From assembly GCA_964611575.1 (NCBI GenBank), contig CAZTAJ010000003.1, positions 15,360 to 79,359 of the forward strand: a stretch of 64,000 bases of DNA. The letters run 5' to 3'. Positions 12,117 through 21,433 of the stretch are shown piece after piece. This DNA comes from an uncultured Verrucomicrobiota bacterium (lineage in GTDB: Bacteria > Verrucomicrobiota > Kiritimatiellia > CAIKKV01 > CAITUY01). Made by a program: the position numbers and the translations under genes. Position 1 is the stretch's first letter. Every line of letters starts with the position of its first letter. Under the pieces are notes generated by a model. It was not told where the DNA came from. It ran no database searches and worked only from the letters and a program-made list of their open reading frames with translations.

Positions 12117-12145
12117 AGCTTAAACCGGAGTTATTCGTATCACAA
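12117..12145 (-). promoter_or_regulatory. Possible sigma70 promoter for the HTH-SNF2-MTase-Lamassu operon
   Basis: Minus strand TTGTGA-N17-TAAGCT about 45 bp upstream of the HTH start. Confidence 0.3.
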
Positions 12146-12214
12146 CGGCCTTCGCGGACAAAGACAAAACGTGCGGTAGCGGCAGATCACGGCCACGGCA
12201 CAGAGCGCTGGATG

Positions 12215-15200
12215 TCAAGGGATTGGCCCATTCGGGGGCTCTAGCCGAATCTGCATCTGCTGGATGAAGCGTTCTACGTCGGATGGAGGAATCTGATTGA
12301 GGAGAAACGCGAGCATGTCTTCCTGCCTGGGCTGGCCGAAAACCATTCGATAGGCCACCAGCGACCGTTTGAGGTCCTCGAAATCTTGGACGTCCCGGCT
12401 CATGGGCAGCATGGGCACGTGCCGTTCAATGAATGCTCCATTCTGAACCGGGAAGACCCAGAAGGGATGAAGATCATTCGCGTCTGCCGGTCGTTTGCTG
12501 ACCGCAGCTCGGAAAACTGAGTCCCAAGGATCAGGGCTTGTGCCATCAAACGCTGCCTCGCTAAACACGCGAGCCAGATTCTTCCGGACGGCATGTCCTT
12601 TGTATCGGTGTATACGCCCCTCCCGCTGCTCAAGGTCCACGGGGTTGGACGGCAAGTTCCAATGCACAATCGCGTGGCAGTACAGGTGGAAGTCGAGCCC
12701 CTCCTGCCCTACCGAGGTGGTCGACAGGACGAACGGCCAAAAGGGGGAGTTGAACGCGCTGCGCACCTGATCCGTGCGTGCGACCTGCTCTTCATCCTCC
12801 GACCGCTCGGCACCGAAGCGAAGGGCGAATCGCACCCGCATGTTCCGTCGGTCGACGTCAATACCGCCTTCACCTTTGACTCGGATGCGATCAACTCCGA
12901 CACGCGAGGTGCGCAGGCTCACCGATCCGGCGATCTCTTCAGCGATGTCAGCGCAGGCTTCCTTGAACGGATGGTCGAACACTCCCAGCGATTCCCTCAG
13001 TACGTGCACGTACTCGTCGAGCACAGCCTGCAACCCTCCATCCAGGCAGTACTCGGTGACACGTAGCCAGTAAGGTTCGCGCCGGTTCATACCCCTGATG
13101 AGACCCAAGCTTTCGGGCAAGTTGAACAGGGACAGGAAGGCGTAGGCGATGGCACCTGCTTGGTTCCGCGCAATGGGTTCGGCGAGCGCATCGGCAGACG
13201 CAGAAAGTCGGCCGAGTGCCCGCAGGCAACAGGGGCCAAGGCCGGCAACAGCCATGAGCGCAAGTACATGAGCAAGATCAGCCGGGCGCTTCCCGAGCGA
13301 CAGGGTCTTCTGCAGGTACTTCTGAACCAGATCGCGAGCCTCTTCGACGTGATCACCCCAGCGGCTTTCCTCGGATTTGTCCTCATCCTGCGTTGAATAG
13401 CAGCGCCAGGCTTGAATGAGGTCCTTCTGGGAAAACCAGGCAACAGCAGCCTTCCGATCGCTAAGCAGGTCCAGAAGAATGGGTGCCGCCCAGTACCACC
13501 GCTCGTCTTCCGCTCCTGTCGTCGTGGCGCGGACTTTCAGTCTCGCCAGCATCGTCTCAATGTCCCGCTGAACAGAGGCGACTACGGCTCCGGCTGATGG
13601 GACACCCCCATCATGGATAAGGGTCGGCACAACTTTCAGTGGGTCCCCGCACCGGGCCAGCGTAATGCTGGGGTAGATCATCCCGAGCACCGCCATACCC
13701 GTAAGGCGCTCGTCCGATCTGGCGAAACGTAGCAACGGTCTACGTGCTTTGCGCGCGGCCTCATCATTACTCGCATCAGGCTCAAAAAGCAGAATGCTTT
13801 GCCTTTCGGCTTCGTAGCTGACCATAGCCGAAATCACCTTCGGGACGACCTTCCAGCAGGAGAAGACCAGACGCTTAGTGATACCGGCAAGGGCTGGATC
13901 TGCGTATGGACCGGCGAGTTGGTAGTATGGCAAAGATGGAGGCATCCAAAGCAGTTTCCACGCCCCTTTGTCAACGGTATCGGCCATCAGGGACCGGAGC
14001 CTGGCGTTTCCAGAATCGCATTGGCGGTACTTCGATATTTCACTCCAGCGGAGGAGCAAGTGCTTCCGGTCCGCCAGAAGCGTAGCGAGCCGGTCTGTCT
14101 GCCCGGAAGCCACATCACGTAGGAAGTCCCTCTTGAGGACATAATCATCCATGAAGTTCAGCAGGTAAGGTGCAGACTTCCAGTACTCCACGGTCGTACC
14201 GTGCGACAGTTCGTCGGCAACCTGTTCATGCCTGATGAATGCATGCAGGTCTTGCGGCGTGAGCGGGACAGGGTCTGCGCCCACCTGTTTCAGCATCCCG
14301 TCACGGTCTGTGGTTGCGGCCAGTCTCTCCGTTCGAACCATCACGCGCCTGAGTCGGGTCTCCATCTCCTGCTTTACGGCAAGCAGTCCGCCATCCGGTT
14401 CCTGGCCGAGCGTAAGCATGCGTCCTCTGTAGTCGTCGAGGACATCCTTGAAAGCATCGGTCTCGGCCTTGTTGTCCTGGAGAAATCCGAGTGTCGTCAG
14501 AAAATCGGCATAGTGGTCGTCCTGTTCCGTTTCATGGCTCAGGGTGAGCATCTTGTAGGGGGTGGCCGAGAGCAAAAGAACATGGGCACGCGAATGGCCG
14601 TCAGAGTACTGGAAGAGGTCCTGCGCCAGGATAGCGGCCTCGTTGTCTCCTGTTAGAAGATGCCGAAACCGCTGGAACTCATCCATGATAATCAGATCTG
14701 GCTCCAATGCCTCCAGACATGATGATGCGAGAAGAGCCCGAAGCTCACCAATCACGCAGTTACGCTCCTGCCCGTCCTCCCGCGAGATGCGTGCGTCGTG
14801 ACGGCAGAACGCCTCGCACAGTCGCTCAAATCGAGATCGGATGTCCGGCTTGCCCTCGCGCTTCTCAGTCGCAATTCGATGCTCCAGGTCTTCCAGGAAC
14901 CCGGCTTCCACAGAGGCGTCAACCTTGGTCTCTGAGGAAAACATGCGCCGGCAGCGGTGGTGGAAGTTATTGGCGTACATCCCACCGCGGAGCACGTTTG
15001 CCGGGGCTTTACCTCGAAGATTCCACGGCCCACGCAGGAGGCGGTACAGAAGCGCGCGTTCATCGGATATCCCCATGCTGGACTTCAGATCGAAAGATGT
15101 ACCCGGAGTGAAGGAAACGAAGTTCAACTTGTTCGCCTTGAGATCATGAATGCAGGTGGGAAGCATTGTGATCCGCGACGGCAGGGAGAAGTCTCTGTCC

Positions 15201-15490
15201 TTGGTGATGTTCAAGCGAGCGATGTTCTGTCGAGCGATGTCGCCGTTGGAACAGATATAGACAATGTCAATTCGTGGCACTTTGTCCCAGAGGTGGTCAA
15301 TGGCACGGGCAACGACTCCACGCGCGACCAGTGTCTTCCCCAGGCCGACTTCATCCGCGATGAGAAATCGCCGGGTAGGATCGCTGGGGTTGTACATTCG
15401 GTCGAATACGTAGTCCACAGTGCGACGCTGGAAATCCTTCAGGCCGGCAAGCACCTTGTTCACGTCGGGTTTCTCGCGTCGGCGGGTCAT
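12215..15490 (-). CDS. SF2/SNF2-like helicase of the DUF6361-PLD-helicase triplet (Azaca ZacC-like)
   Basis: IADEVGLGKT, IMDEFQ, SATP, GQEGLD, QREGRIHR; start MTRRREK inferred from an ATGA overlap with the PLD stop. Confidence 0.85.
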   Translation of the reverse strand: MTRRREKPDVNKVLAGLKDFQRRTVDYVFDRMYNPSDPTRRFLIADEVGLGKTLVARGVVARAIDHLWDKVPRIDIVYICSNGDIARQNIARLNITKDRDFSLPSRITMLPTCIHDLKANKLNFVSFTPGTSFDLKSSMGISDERALLYRLLRGPWNLRGKAPANVLRGGMYANNFHHRCRRMFSSETKVDASVEAGFLEDLEHRIATEKREGKPDIRSRFERLCEAFCRHDARISREDGQERNCVIGELRALLASSCLEALEPDLIIMDEFQRFRHLLTGDNEAAILAQDLFQYSDGHSRAHVLLLSATPYKMLTLSHETEQDDHYADFLTTLGFLQDNKAETDAFKDVLDDYRGRMLTLGQEPDGGLLAVKQEMETRLRRVMVRTERLAATTDRDGMLKQVGADPVPLTPQDLHAFIRHEQVADELSHGTTVEYWKSAPYLLNFMDDYVLKRDFLRDVASGQTDRLATLLADRKHLLLRWSEISKYRQCDSGNARLRSLMADTVDKGAWKLLWMPPSLPYYQLAGPYADPALAGITKRLVFSCWKVVPKVISAMVSYEAERQSILLFEPDASNDEAARKARRPLLRFARSDERLTGMAVLGMIYPSITLARCGDPLKVVPTLIHDGGVPSAGAVVASVQRDIETMLARLKVRATTTGAEDERWYWAAPILLDLLSDRKAAVAWFSQKDLIQAWRCYSTQDEDKSEESRWGDHVEEARDLVQKYLQKTLSLGKRPADLAHVLALMAVAGLGPCCLRALGRLSASADALAEPIARNQAGAIAYAFLSLFNLPESLGLIRGMNRREPYWLRVTEYCLDGGLQAVLDEYVHVLRESLGVFDHPFKEACADIAEEIAGSVSLRTSRVGVDRIRVKGEGGIDVDRRNMRVRFALRFGAERSEDEEQVARTDQVRSAFNSPFWPFVLSTTSVGQEGLDFHLYCHAIVHWNLPSNPVDLEQREGRIHRYKGHAVRKNLARVFSEAAFDGTSPDPWDSVFRAAVSKRPADANDLHPFWVFPVQNGAFIERHVPMLPMSRDVQDFEDLKRSLVAYRMVFGQPRQEDMLAFLLNQIPPSDVERFIQQMQIRLEPPNGPIP

Positions 15491-17346
15491 TGCTGAAGCT
15501 CCTGTCTCACCTGCCAGATGGGCTCCCATGCTCTGATGAACCCCGGAGGAAGCAGATTCATGCCGTCAGGAGTCTTCCCGAGATCGTCAACCAACCTGGC
15601 CACCCGGTCAAGTTTCTCGGGATGGCGATGAAGCGTTCGGAGTAGTGGCTCAAGGAGTGAGAGGTCTTGATGCAGCCAGGAAGTGCCGTCGGCATCGTCC
15701 TTGCCCACGTTCTTCCGGAAGTCAGCCAGTTTGGAGAACGCATCCGAGTCCTCGTCTGCCAGCAGGAATAGCAGAAAACGGATGACCTCACCGCGATTTC
15801 TAAGGAGTGTGCGCACTAGTCGTTCCCTGCGATCTTCTGGCATTCCCTCAACCGGTACGTTCACAACGAACTGCTTGATCGTCGTGTGTTTGCCCACCTT
15901 CGCCTTCACCTCAAAGGCAAAGAAAGTGGTGATGGCTTCGAAAGAGATGGCCTCAAAGGTCGCGGAGAAGCCGGATTGGCGGTCAGGGGGGATCCCTGCA
16001 CTGTCTGGCAGCGTGACAGGCCAGGCCTTCACTTCCACTCCGTCGGGAAAGACGGGTGTTCCTCTCGTGGTCAGCCGGAGGGAGAACCTATCGGCAATGG
16101 TCGAGGGACCCACTTTCCCTGTCATCCGTGCGGTTGCAATGGCTGTGCGCGCTGACTCGGCTAGGTCCTCAGCTTCCTGCTTTGCCTTGTCGATTGGCGG
16201 CGGTTCCGCCGGTGCGCTGTACTCTCGCAATAAGTCACTGAAACGTGTTTCCCCTTTGACCTGGGCCATGATGGCGTCCACACCACAGAAACTCTTCTTC
16301 CCAGTCAATTCCACCATGAACTCGACGTTCCGACGAAAGGCGGCCGTAGTGGCATTTGCCGAGCCAGTCCAGATGCGGGCATTCCATCCGGCATCCGCGA
16401 CGAACAGCTTCGCGTGAAGCCCCTGGAGGGGGGCATCGCGAAGGTCTTCCGCCGCTTCTGCGTCGTCAGCGTCCTCAATGTCGGCGTCCGGGTCCAGACA
16501 GTAGACCTTATGGAAGCACTGCAGGTCCTCTTTGCTCATGGCGTTCAGCACATCGACACGGGAAACGAGCATGTCCCCGTCTTCCGCAGCCGCCAATTCA
16601 GGCAGCACACCTGCATCCAGAAACGGCGAGATAATCAGGAGGCGATCCAAGCGACCGTCAGGCTTCCATCGTGACTCGCCCTCAATGCCGATAGCATGGA
16701 AACGAAGGTCCGAGAATCCCTCCGGAGGCGCGAAGTTGACCTTCCGCAACTCACGTTCCATGACGGCGACGTGCTGCCGAAGAGAAGACGGCGCCTCCCT
16801 GAGCATCATCCCTGGTAGCGAGGCCACAAAGTTGGCCAGGGGATGATTGGCGGCGTAAGCGTTCTTCCGCTCCATCACTTCTCCTTCGAGTGACAGCAGC
16901 GTGTCCCAAGAGCGATCGAAGGTGAGGTTGCGGCTGAGGCACAGGACGCGGTACATCACCGGCACGGACGAATCAGAAGGGAGAAAGCGGAGCACCCAGA
17001 CCTTGGGATGGAAGATGCCATGCTTCCGGGGCGCCGTGACTTCGTGGACCATGTTTTCGAGGTTGTTGAGGAGGATGCGATTCCCCTTCGGGACGGAGAT
17101 CCCGCCAGCCTGACAGAAGATGTGAACCCTATCCGCATATCGTCGTATGGCTTCCAGGATCGCCAGAGGGTCACCGGTAGGCTTCCCCGCGTCATCTTCC
17201 CAGTCGAAAAGCGCAAACGCGAGCGGGACCGTCAAGAGTGTCATAAGGTCCAACGAATAGGTTGTCCCGATGGCGCGTTCAAGGTCATAGCCGACCGGTG
17301 GACGAAGGGCTTCAAGCAGGTGACGACGTTCCAAGGGCCTAAGCAT
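15487..17346 (-). CDS. Phospholipase D-family nuclease-like protein
   Basis: Full HKD motif LHAKLFVAD...GSAN and a degenerate one FHPKVWVLR...SRNLT. Confidence 0.8.
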   Translation of the reverse strand: MLRPLERRHLLEALRPPVGYDLERAIGTTYSLDLMTLLTVPLAFALFDWEDDAGKPTGDPLAILEAIRRYADRVHIFCQAGGISVPKGNRILLNNLENMVHEVTAPRKHGIFHPKVWVLRFLPSDSSVPVMYRVLCLSRNLTFDRSWDTLLSLEGEVMERKNAYAANHPLANFVASLPGMMLREAPSSLRQHVAVMERELRKVNFAPPEGFSDLRFHAIGIEGESRWKPDGRLDRLLIISPFLDAGVLPELAAAEDGDMLVSRVDVLNAMSKEDLQCFHKVYCLDPDADIEDADDAEAAEDLRDAPLQGLHAKLFVADAGWNARIWTGSANATTAAFRRNVEFMVELTGKKSFCGVDAIMAQVKGETRFSDLLREYSAPAEPPPIDKAKQEAEDLAESARTAIATARMTGKVGPSTIADRFSLRLTTRGTPVFPDGVEVKAWPVTLPDSAGIPPDRQSGFSATFEAISFEAITTFFAFEVKAKVGKHTTIKQFVVNVPVEGMPEDRRERLVRTLLRNRGEVIRFLLFLLADEDSDAFSKLADFRKNVGKDDADGTSWLHQDLSLLEPLLRTLHRHPEKLDRVARLVDDLGKTPDGMNLLPPGFIRAWEPIWQVRQELQQ

Positions 17347-18550
17347 GTTTCAGGCCCTCCATGATGTCGGTAACGATCTGGTGGGTCACTCCCCATCGGA
17401 AATCCAGGCGCCCGGCGCCGGCTGCGCCAGTCCAGAGTTCGAGAGCCCTCGCATTTTCCAGCCGGGCCAAGGATTTCTTGAGAGCCCGCTCTCGTTCCTT
17501 GATGAGTTGCCGGGCCCCAGCGTGTGCTGCCAGCTTAGCGGGGGAAGGCGCAGTCAGAACCAGAATGACCCAGTCTTTCGTGAACCTAACGGTTCTGGAG
17601 GGTACTCTCGCCCCTGCGGTATCCAGAATCTGCCAGAATCGCTCCTGATTCCAACCGCGGAGAGCCGCGCCTCGTGCGTTGACCAAATCAGCCCACTGTC
17701 GAAACTGTTCGTCGTAGTGATGAATGAGTTCATCATTGCGGCCAAGCTGCGAGAGCATCAGATTATAGAGGAGGGCTGCACCATGGATTGTCTCGGAGAA
17801 ACACCGCGCGTGGTCCACTTGCTCCTTATTGAGCGAAGGAAAATCCCCATAGCCAGCGTCGGCCCAGCAGAATGGGCTGTCGCTCGGAGAGGTCCTGCGG
17901 GAGATCAGATGTGCTAGGAGCGACCTCGGGGCATGAGTCAATACCCGTTCCTGCAAGTATTTGGCCTCCTTGCGGTCCAGTAGGAAAGAAGCATCATCAG
18001 GAAATCCTTCGGGCACTGGGGGCAGGCCGGAGTGCCAATTCAGGCCGGCACTTCCAGACACGACATCCCCGTCCTCGCTTCGCAGCATCCGACCCCGTGT
18101 CGTGCGCCAGCGGTCGACCGAACGGTGATACTGATCCTGTGATCCGTTGAAGAGACGTATGCCCCAGGCCCCTAAGCCCTGCCAGTAGATGTTGCTCGGC
18201 AGCCGCCGTAACGTCTCTCTGGCGACGCGACCGATGACATCCAGGGTTTCCCCTCCCTTCTCAAGACCGTTGACCAGCGCGATCTCGCGTGTCCTCGCCC
18301 ATTCTGCGATGCGAGCCGACTCGATTCTTCCTTCCTCTGCTGCCCGGTAGATCCATGGGATGAACAGGAAATACCTGGCGCGCGTCTGGACGGTGCCGGT
18401 GCCCGGGAAGAGCAGATCAGCGAAGCCGTCGCGGATCGTGCCGATGCCCAACTCGTCCCGAGTGCCCTGCTCACCAAATGCCTCAATGACATCAACCATC
18501 TTCCGGCGTTCGTGCTCCGAGTAGTCTAGCCATGTGAAGGTTGATCTCAT
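17339..18550 (-). CDS. DUF6361-like protein, first gene of the triplet
   Basis: Likely start MRSTFTWLD; GTRDELGIG..RD.FADLLFPG..T.QTRARY.LF, LPSNIYW; 8-bp overlap with the PLD gene. Confidence 0.7.
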   Translation of the reverse strand: MRSTFTWLDYSEHERRKMVDVIEAFGEQGTRDELGIGTIRDGFADLLFPGTGTVQTRARYFLFIPWIYRAAEEGRIESARIAEWARTREIALVNGLEKGGETLDVIGRVARETLRRLPSNIYWQGLGAWGIRLFNGSQDQYHRSVDRWRTTRGRMLRSEDGDVVSGSAGLNWHSGLPPVPEGFPDDASFLLDRKEAKYLQERVLTHAPRSLLAHLISRRTSPSDSPFCWADAGYGDFPSLNKEQVDHARCFSETIHGAALLYNLMLSQLGRNDELIHHYDEQFRQWADLVNARGAALRGWNQERFWQILDTAGARVPSRTVRFTKDWVILVLTAPSPAKLAAHAGARQLIKERERALKKSLARLENARALELWTGAAGAGRLDFRWGVTHQIVTDIMEGLKHA

Positions 18551-18701
18551 ATTTTCTCGAATGCTAGCGCGCCTAACGCGCGGATATCTGAGGAAAGCTA
18601 CCACGGCAATCTAGCCGGTTCAAGGTTACGCACACCTCACACACGCACGACCACGCACCTGCTTGGGGATCTTGGCGAAACCGCGCCACACAAGCGTCCA
18701 T

Positions 18702-18731
18702 TTGACATAGCGCAGGGTGGCCCCCTATGCT
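18702..18731 (+). promoter_or_regulatory. Possible sigma70 promoter for the 208-aa ORF
   Basis: TTGACA-N18-TATGCT immediately upstream of the ORF. Confidence 0.45.
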
Positions 18732-18742
18732 GCCCGCAAGTC

Positions 18743-19369
18743 ATGTGGGGATTGATAATGCGTCGCTACCCAAAGAAGCTGTCTGTTCTGGTCACGAGGC
18801 TGTCGAATCAGGAGCGGAACGCCATTGACCGGACTCTGGCCTTTATGACGTACAACCCCTCGATTGGGCGTGTCCTGGAGAAAGGGGGCGTAGGGAAGTT
18901 CCAGGAATTTGCGGTAAAGCGCCTTCTCCCCCCGTTATCGAAATGCCAGACCCGTGGAGCCTTTGACAAACATGTGCTCGGATCAATCACGTCCCTGCGG
19001 AGGATCCTCAAGACTCACGGCGGCCAGCCGGCCTCATTCGGCCAAGCGCAAAAGCCGGTTACCGTATTCCTCAAGGTCTACTGTGACTGGGCGAATCGCC
19101 CCTCACCGGCCATTGCCGAGGTGGTGCGACCATGGCTTCACGTGCCACTGGACAGCATTCTGATGAAATGGCTCCGCCAGAACCTCCGCGCGGACTTCGA
19201 TGCCAGAATCGCACACATCTATATAGAACACGGGATCAGGCCATCGAAGCTGGATCTGCTACATATGAACCGGGCAATGTACCTCGCCTGGCAGAAGTGG
19301 TTCCGCGAAATCCACCCTAAACGCCCCGTTCTACTGGATGTCATCTGGGCCGTGCAGAGGGGTGCCTGA
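18743..19369 (+). CDS. Hypothetical protein, possible helical (HhH/AGOG-like) DNA glycosylase fold
   Basis: Motifs GQAQKPVTVFLK, HVPLDSILM and C-terminal LLDVIW; promoter upstream. The fold call is inference. Confidence 0.45.
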   Translation: MWGLIMRRYPKKLSVLVTRLSNQERNAIDRTLAFMTYNPSIGRVLEKGGVGKFQEFAVKRLLPPLSKCQTRGAFDKHVLGSITSLRRILKTHGGQPASFGQAQKPVTVFLKVYCDWANRPSPAIAEVVRPWLHVPLDSILMKWLRQNLRADFDARIAHIYIEHGIRPSKLDLLHMNRAMYLAWQKWFREIHPKRPVLLDVIWAVQRGA

Positions 19370-19385
19370 ACTGCTTTCGGCCAAA

Positions 19386-19760
19386 TCATCGCCGAACGTC
19401 CTGAAGTCTTCGCTCAAGCACCGCCTCAAGGCGCCGCACGAGGTTACTGCGCCACTGAGGGACCATGTCGGGTGGATAGAGCGCAAGCACGTCGAACTGG
19501 TTTTCCTGATAGACGCGCAGCTTGTGCCGAGCACTGGCGATGTAACCGGGATCTCCGGTAATGCCGAAGTATTCGATGAGCGGGCCGCATTGAAGCGAGA
19601 AATCTGCGTACCATATTTTCGTCTTCCCGGCATCCACAACAGCCGTCGGTTTTTCATAGATGAAGGGAATGCGCCGGCTGTCGAGAAAGTCGCCGATCTG
19701 GCGTTCCATGCGGGATTTGTACTCAGGCCTTCGGCCTGTTTGGTAATTGCAATCGTCCAT
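19386..19760 (-). CDS. Small stand-alone PD-(D/E)xK / Vsr-like nuclease domain protein
   Basis: E..I..FL....I.F.YEK...YADF...IEYFG...Y....K...Y pattern. Confidence 0.55.
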   Translation of the reverse strand: MDDCNYQTGRRPEYKSRMERQIGDFLDSRRIPFIYEKPTAVVDAGKTKIWYADFSLQCGPLIEYFGITGDPGYIASARHKLRVYQENQFDVLALYPPDMVPQWRSNLVRRLEAVLERRLQDVRR

Positions 19761-19850
19761 CCCATTGGGAGGGAAAGGTAGTATTTGAAGGTTTCGGTAA
19801 GCCGAATACCTGGCCGGTAGCTTTATAATCGAGTGGTGCCTGCATAAAGG

Positions 19851-20327
19851 ATGGCGCTCAACAACGGCCGGATCAAGTGCGGCAAGGGTTCATGCCGACG
19901 GACCAAAGATCCCGACTGGGCGGCGGCCGAAAAAGAAGTCGGCAGGATGCTGGCGGAGCTTCTTCTGGATGGCTGCCTTGTCCTGAATGATGTGCCGTTC
20001 CCGTATGGCAATCTGGATCATCTTGTTATCAGGCCGGATGGCACCGTATTCCTCATTGAAACGAAGTCCCATCGGGGCAAGGTCACCTGGGACGGTAAAC
20101 GGCTCTTGATTAACAGGCGCCCGTTCTCCTCAAATCCCATTTGCCAGATTAACCGAAGTATCCGGTGGGTGCGACAGATGGCCAAGCGGCTTTTCGGGCA
20201 CAACCCCTGGATCGTGGCGATCCTCGCATTCCCGAATGCTCAGGTGGTGATCCGGCGACCCGTGAAACGGATCAACGTGCTCAACTCCAAGGATATTCTC
20301 GCGTTCATCAGAGCGTACCGACGTTGA
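19851..20327 (+). CDS. NERD-domain nuclease
   Basis: E..V...L...LNDV...NLDHLVI...VFLIETK..G; no extra domains. Confidence 0.8.
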   Translation: MALNNGRIKCGKGSCRRTKDPDWAAAEKEVGRMLAELLLDGCLVLNDVPFPYGNLDHLVIRPDGTVFLIETKSHRGKVTWDGKRLLINRRPFSSNPICQINRSIRWVRQMAKRLFGHNPWIVAILAFPNAQVVIRRPVKRINVLNSKDILAFIRAYRR

Positions 20328-20491
20328 TCTCTCCCACCTTCACATCTCACTTGATTCCGCGCTCCCATCCTGTCCCAAATCTTCCCTGCCTGTTCCAGCG
20401 AAGCCCATGGACCCGCCGCACCGCACGCACGCATACTGACGAACAGAAACCGTACGCACGGTTTGGAGCTTTGTTCAGCAGGAGGACGGCG

Positions 20492-21433
20492 ATGACACCT
20501 GGCGTTACATTCAGACAACTTTTTGAGGTTCTCGAGAAGATCCCTGGATTGCAGCGTACGGACTGGGAGCACAATCAATCCGGAGCGGACAGGGGGCTTG
20601 AGAGCGTACTTATTCAGAGAACCACGCGCGAAGTGGCGACGTATGCGCTGGTTCAACTCCGATTTGTGACGATGCCGGAACTGCTGGCCAATGACAATCC
20701 CATTCGCGACGAAACACAGACGGCCGAACTACTCTCTTGGGCAAGGAGTCAAGGGCCCGGCGGGTCCATGATGATGAAGGTCGTAACGAACACAACGGCT
20801 CCAAGTGATCGGCGTCGGATCGGCGCGCTGGCAGTGCTGAGGTACTACCACAACAGGGAAGATGACAATCCGGTGGTCAAACGCCCATGGACAGACGAAG
20901 GCATGAACAAGCTTCCGACTCTCGACGTCAGTAGCCTTTTGGTCTATCCCACGTCTGGCGACTTCTGGGGAAAGAAATTCGAAACCATCCGACGTTTAGC
21001 GGACACCGTCCTCAGGATGAATCTGCCGAAGCTGTCCAGTGATCAGGTGCTATGGGACCTGAGAAGCGTCAAAGGGGTAGGCCCACAAACGGCCAGCATG
21101 GTCGCTCTATTCTGGCTCGCGAGGCCGATACCAATCATCGACAGCTATCTGACCAGATTACTCGTGAGTCACGGACTCGTGCCTGGCACGTTGGATGGCA
21201 GTCTCGCTCAGGATGACCTGAGGCGCCACCTCATCCTTTGGGCACAGGAAATGGCTGTGAGTAGACCTGACTGGCCCGCGCACCGATTACTTAGCGCGCT
21301 GTATCTCTGGGCGTGCGAAGTCGGCCGCTTGCACTGTACCTGCGCCAAGTTACCGTCATCGAACTGTCCCGTTCGACGATTGCTGAATCACATCAGCGGG
21401 CGGGTTGCTTCTATCCAAGACATCAGGCAATGA
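20492..21433 (+). CDS. HhH-GPD (endonuclease III-related) DNA glycosylase with an insertion, 313 aa
   Basis: GGAGG RBS before ATG 20492; VLIQRT, HhH LRSVKGVGPQTA, catalytic-type IIDSYLTR, and a C-terminal Cys cluster WAC..HCTC..NCP. Confidence 0.75.
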   Translation: MTPGVTFRQLFEVLEKIPGLQRTDWEHNQSGADRGLESVLIQRTTREVATYALVQLRFVTMPELLANDNPIRDETQTAELLSWARSQGPGGSMMMKVVTNTTAPSDRRRIGALAVLRYYHNREDDNPVVKRPWTDEGMNKLPTLDVSSLLVYPTSGDFWGKKFETIRRLADTVLRMNLPKLSSDQVLWDLRSVKGVGPQTASMVALFWLARPIPIIDSYLTRLLVSHGLVPGTLDGSLAQDDLRRHLILWAQEMAVSRPDWPAHRLLSALYLWACEVGRLHCTCAKLPSSNCPVRRLLNHISGRVASIQDIRQ

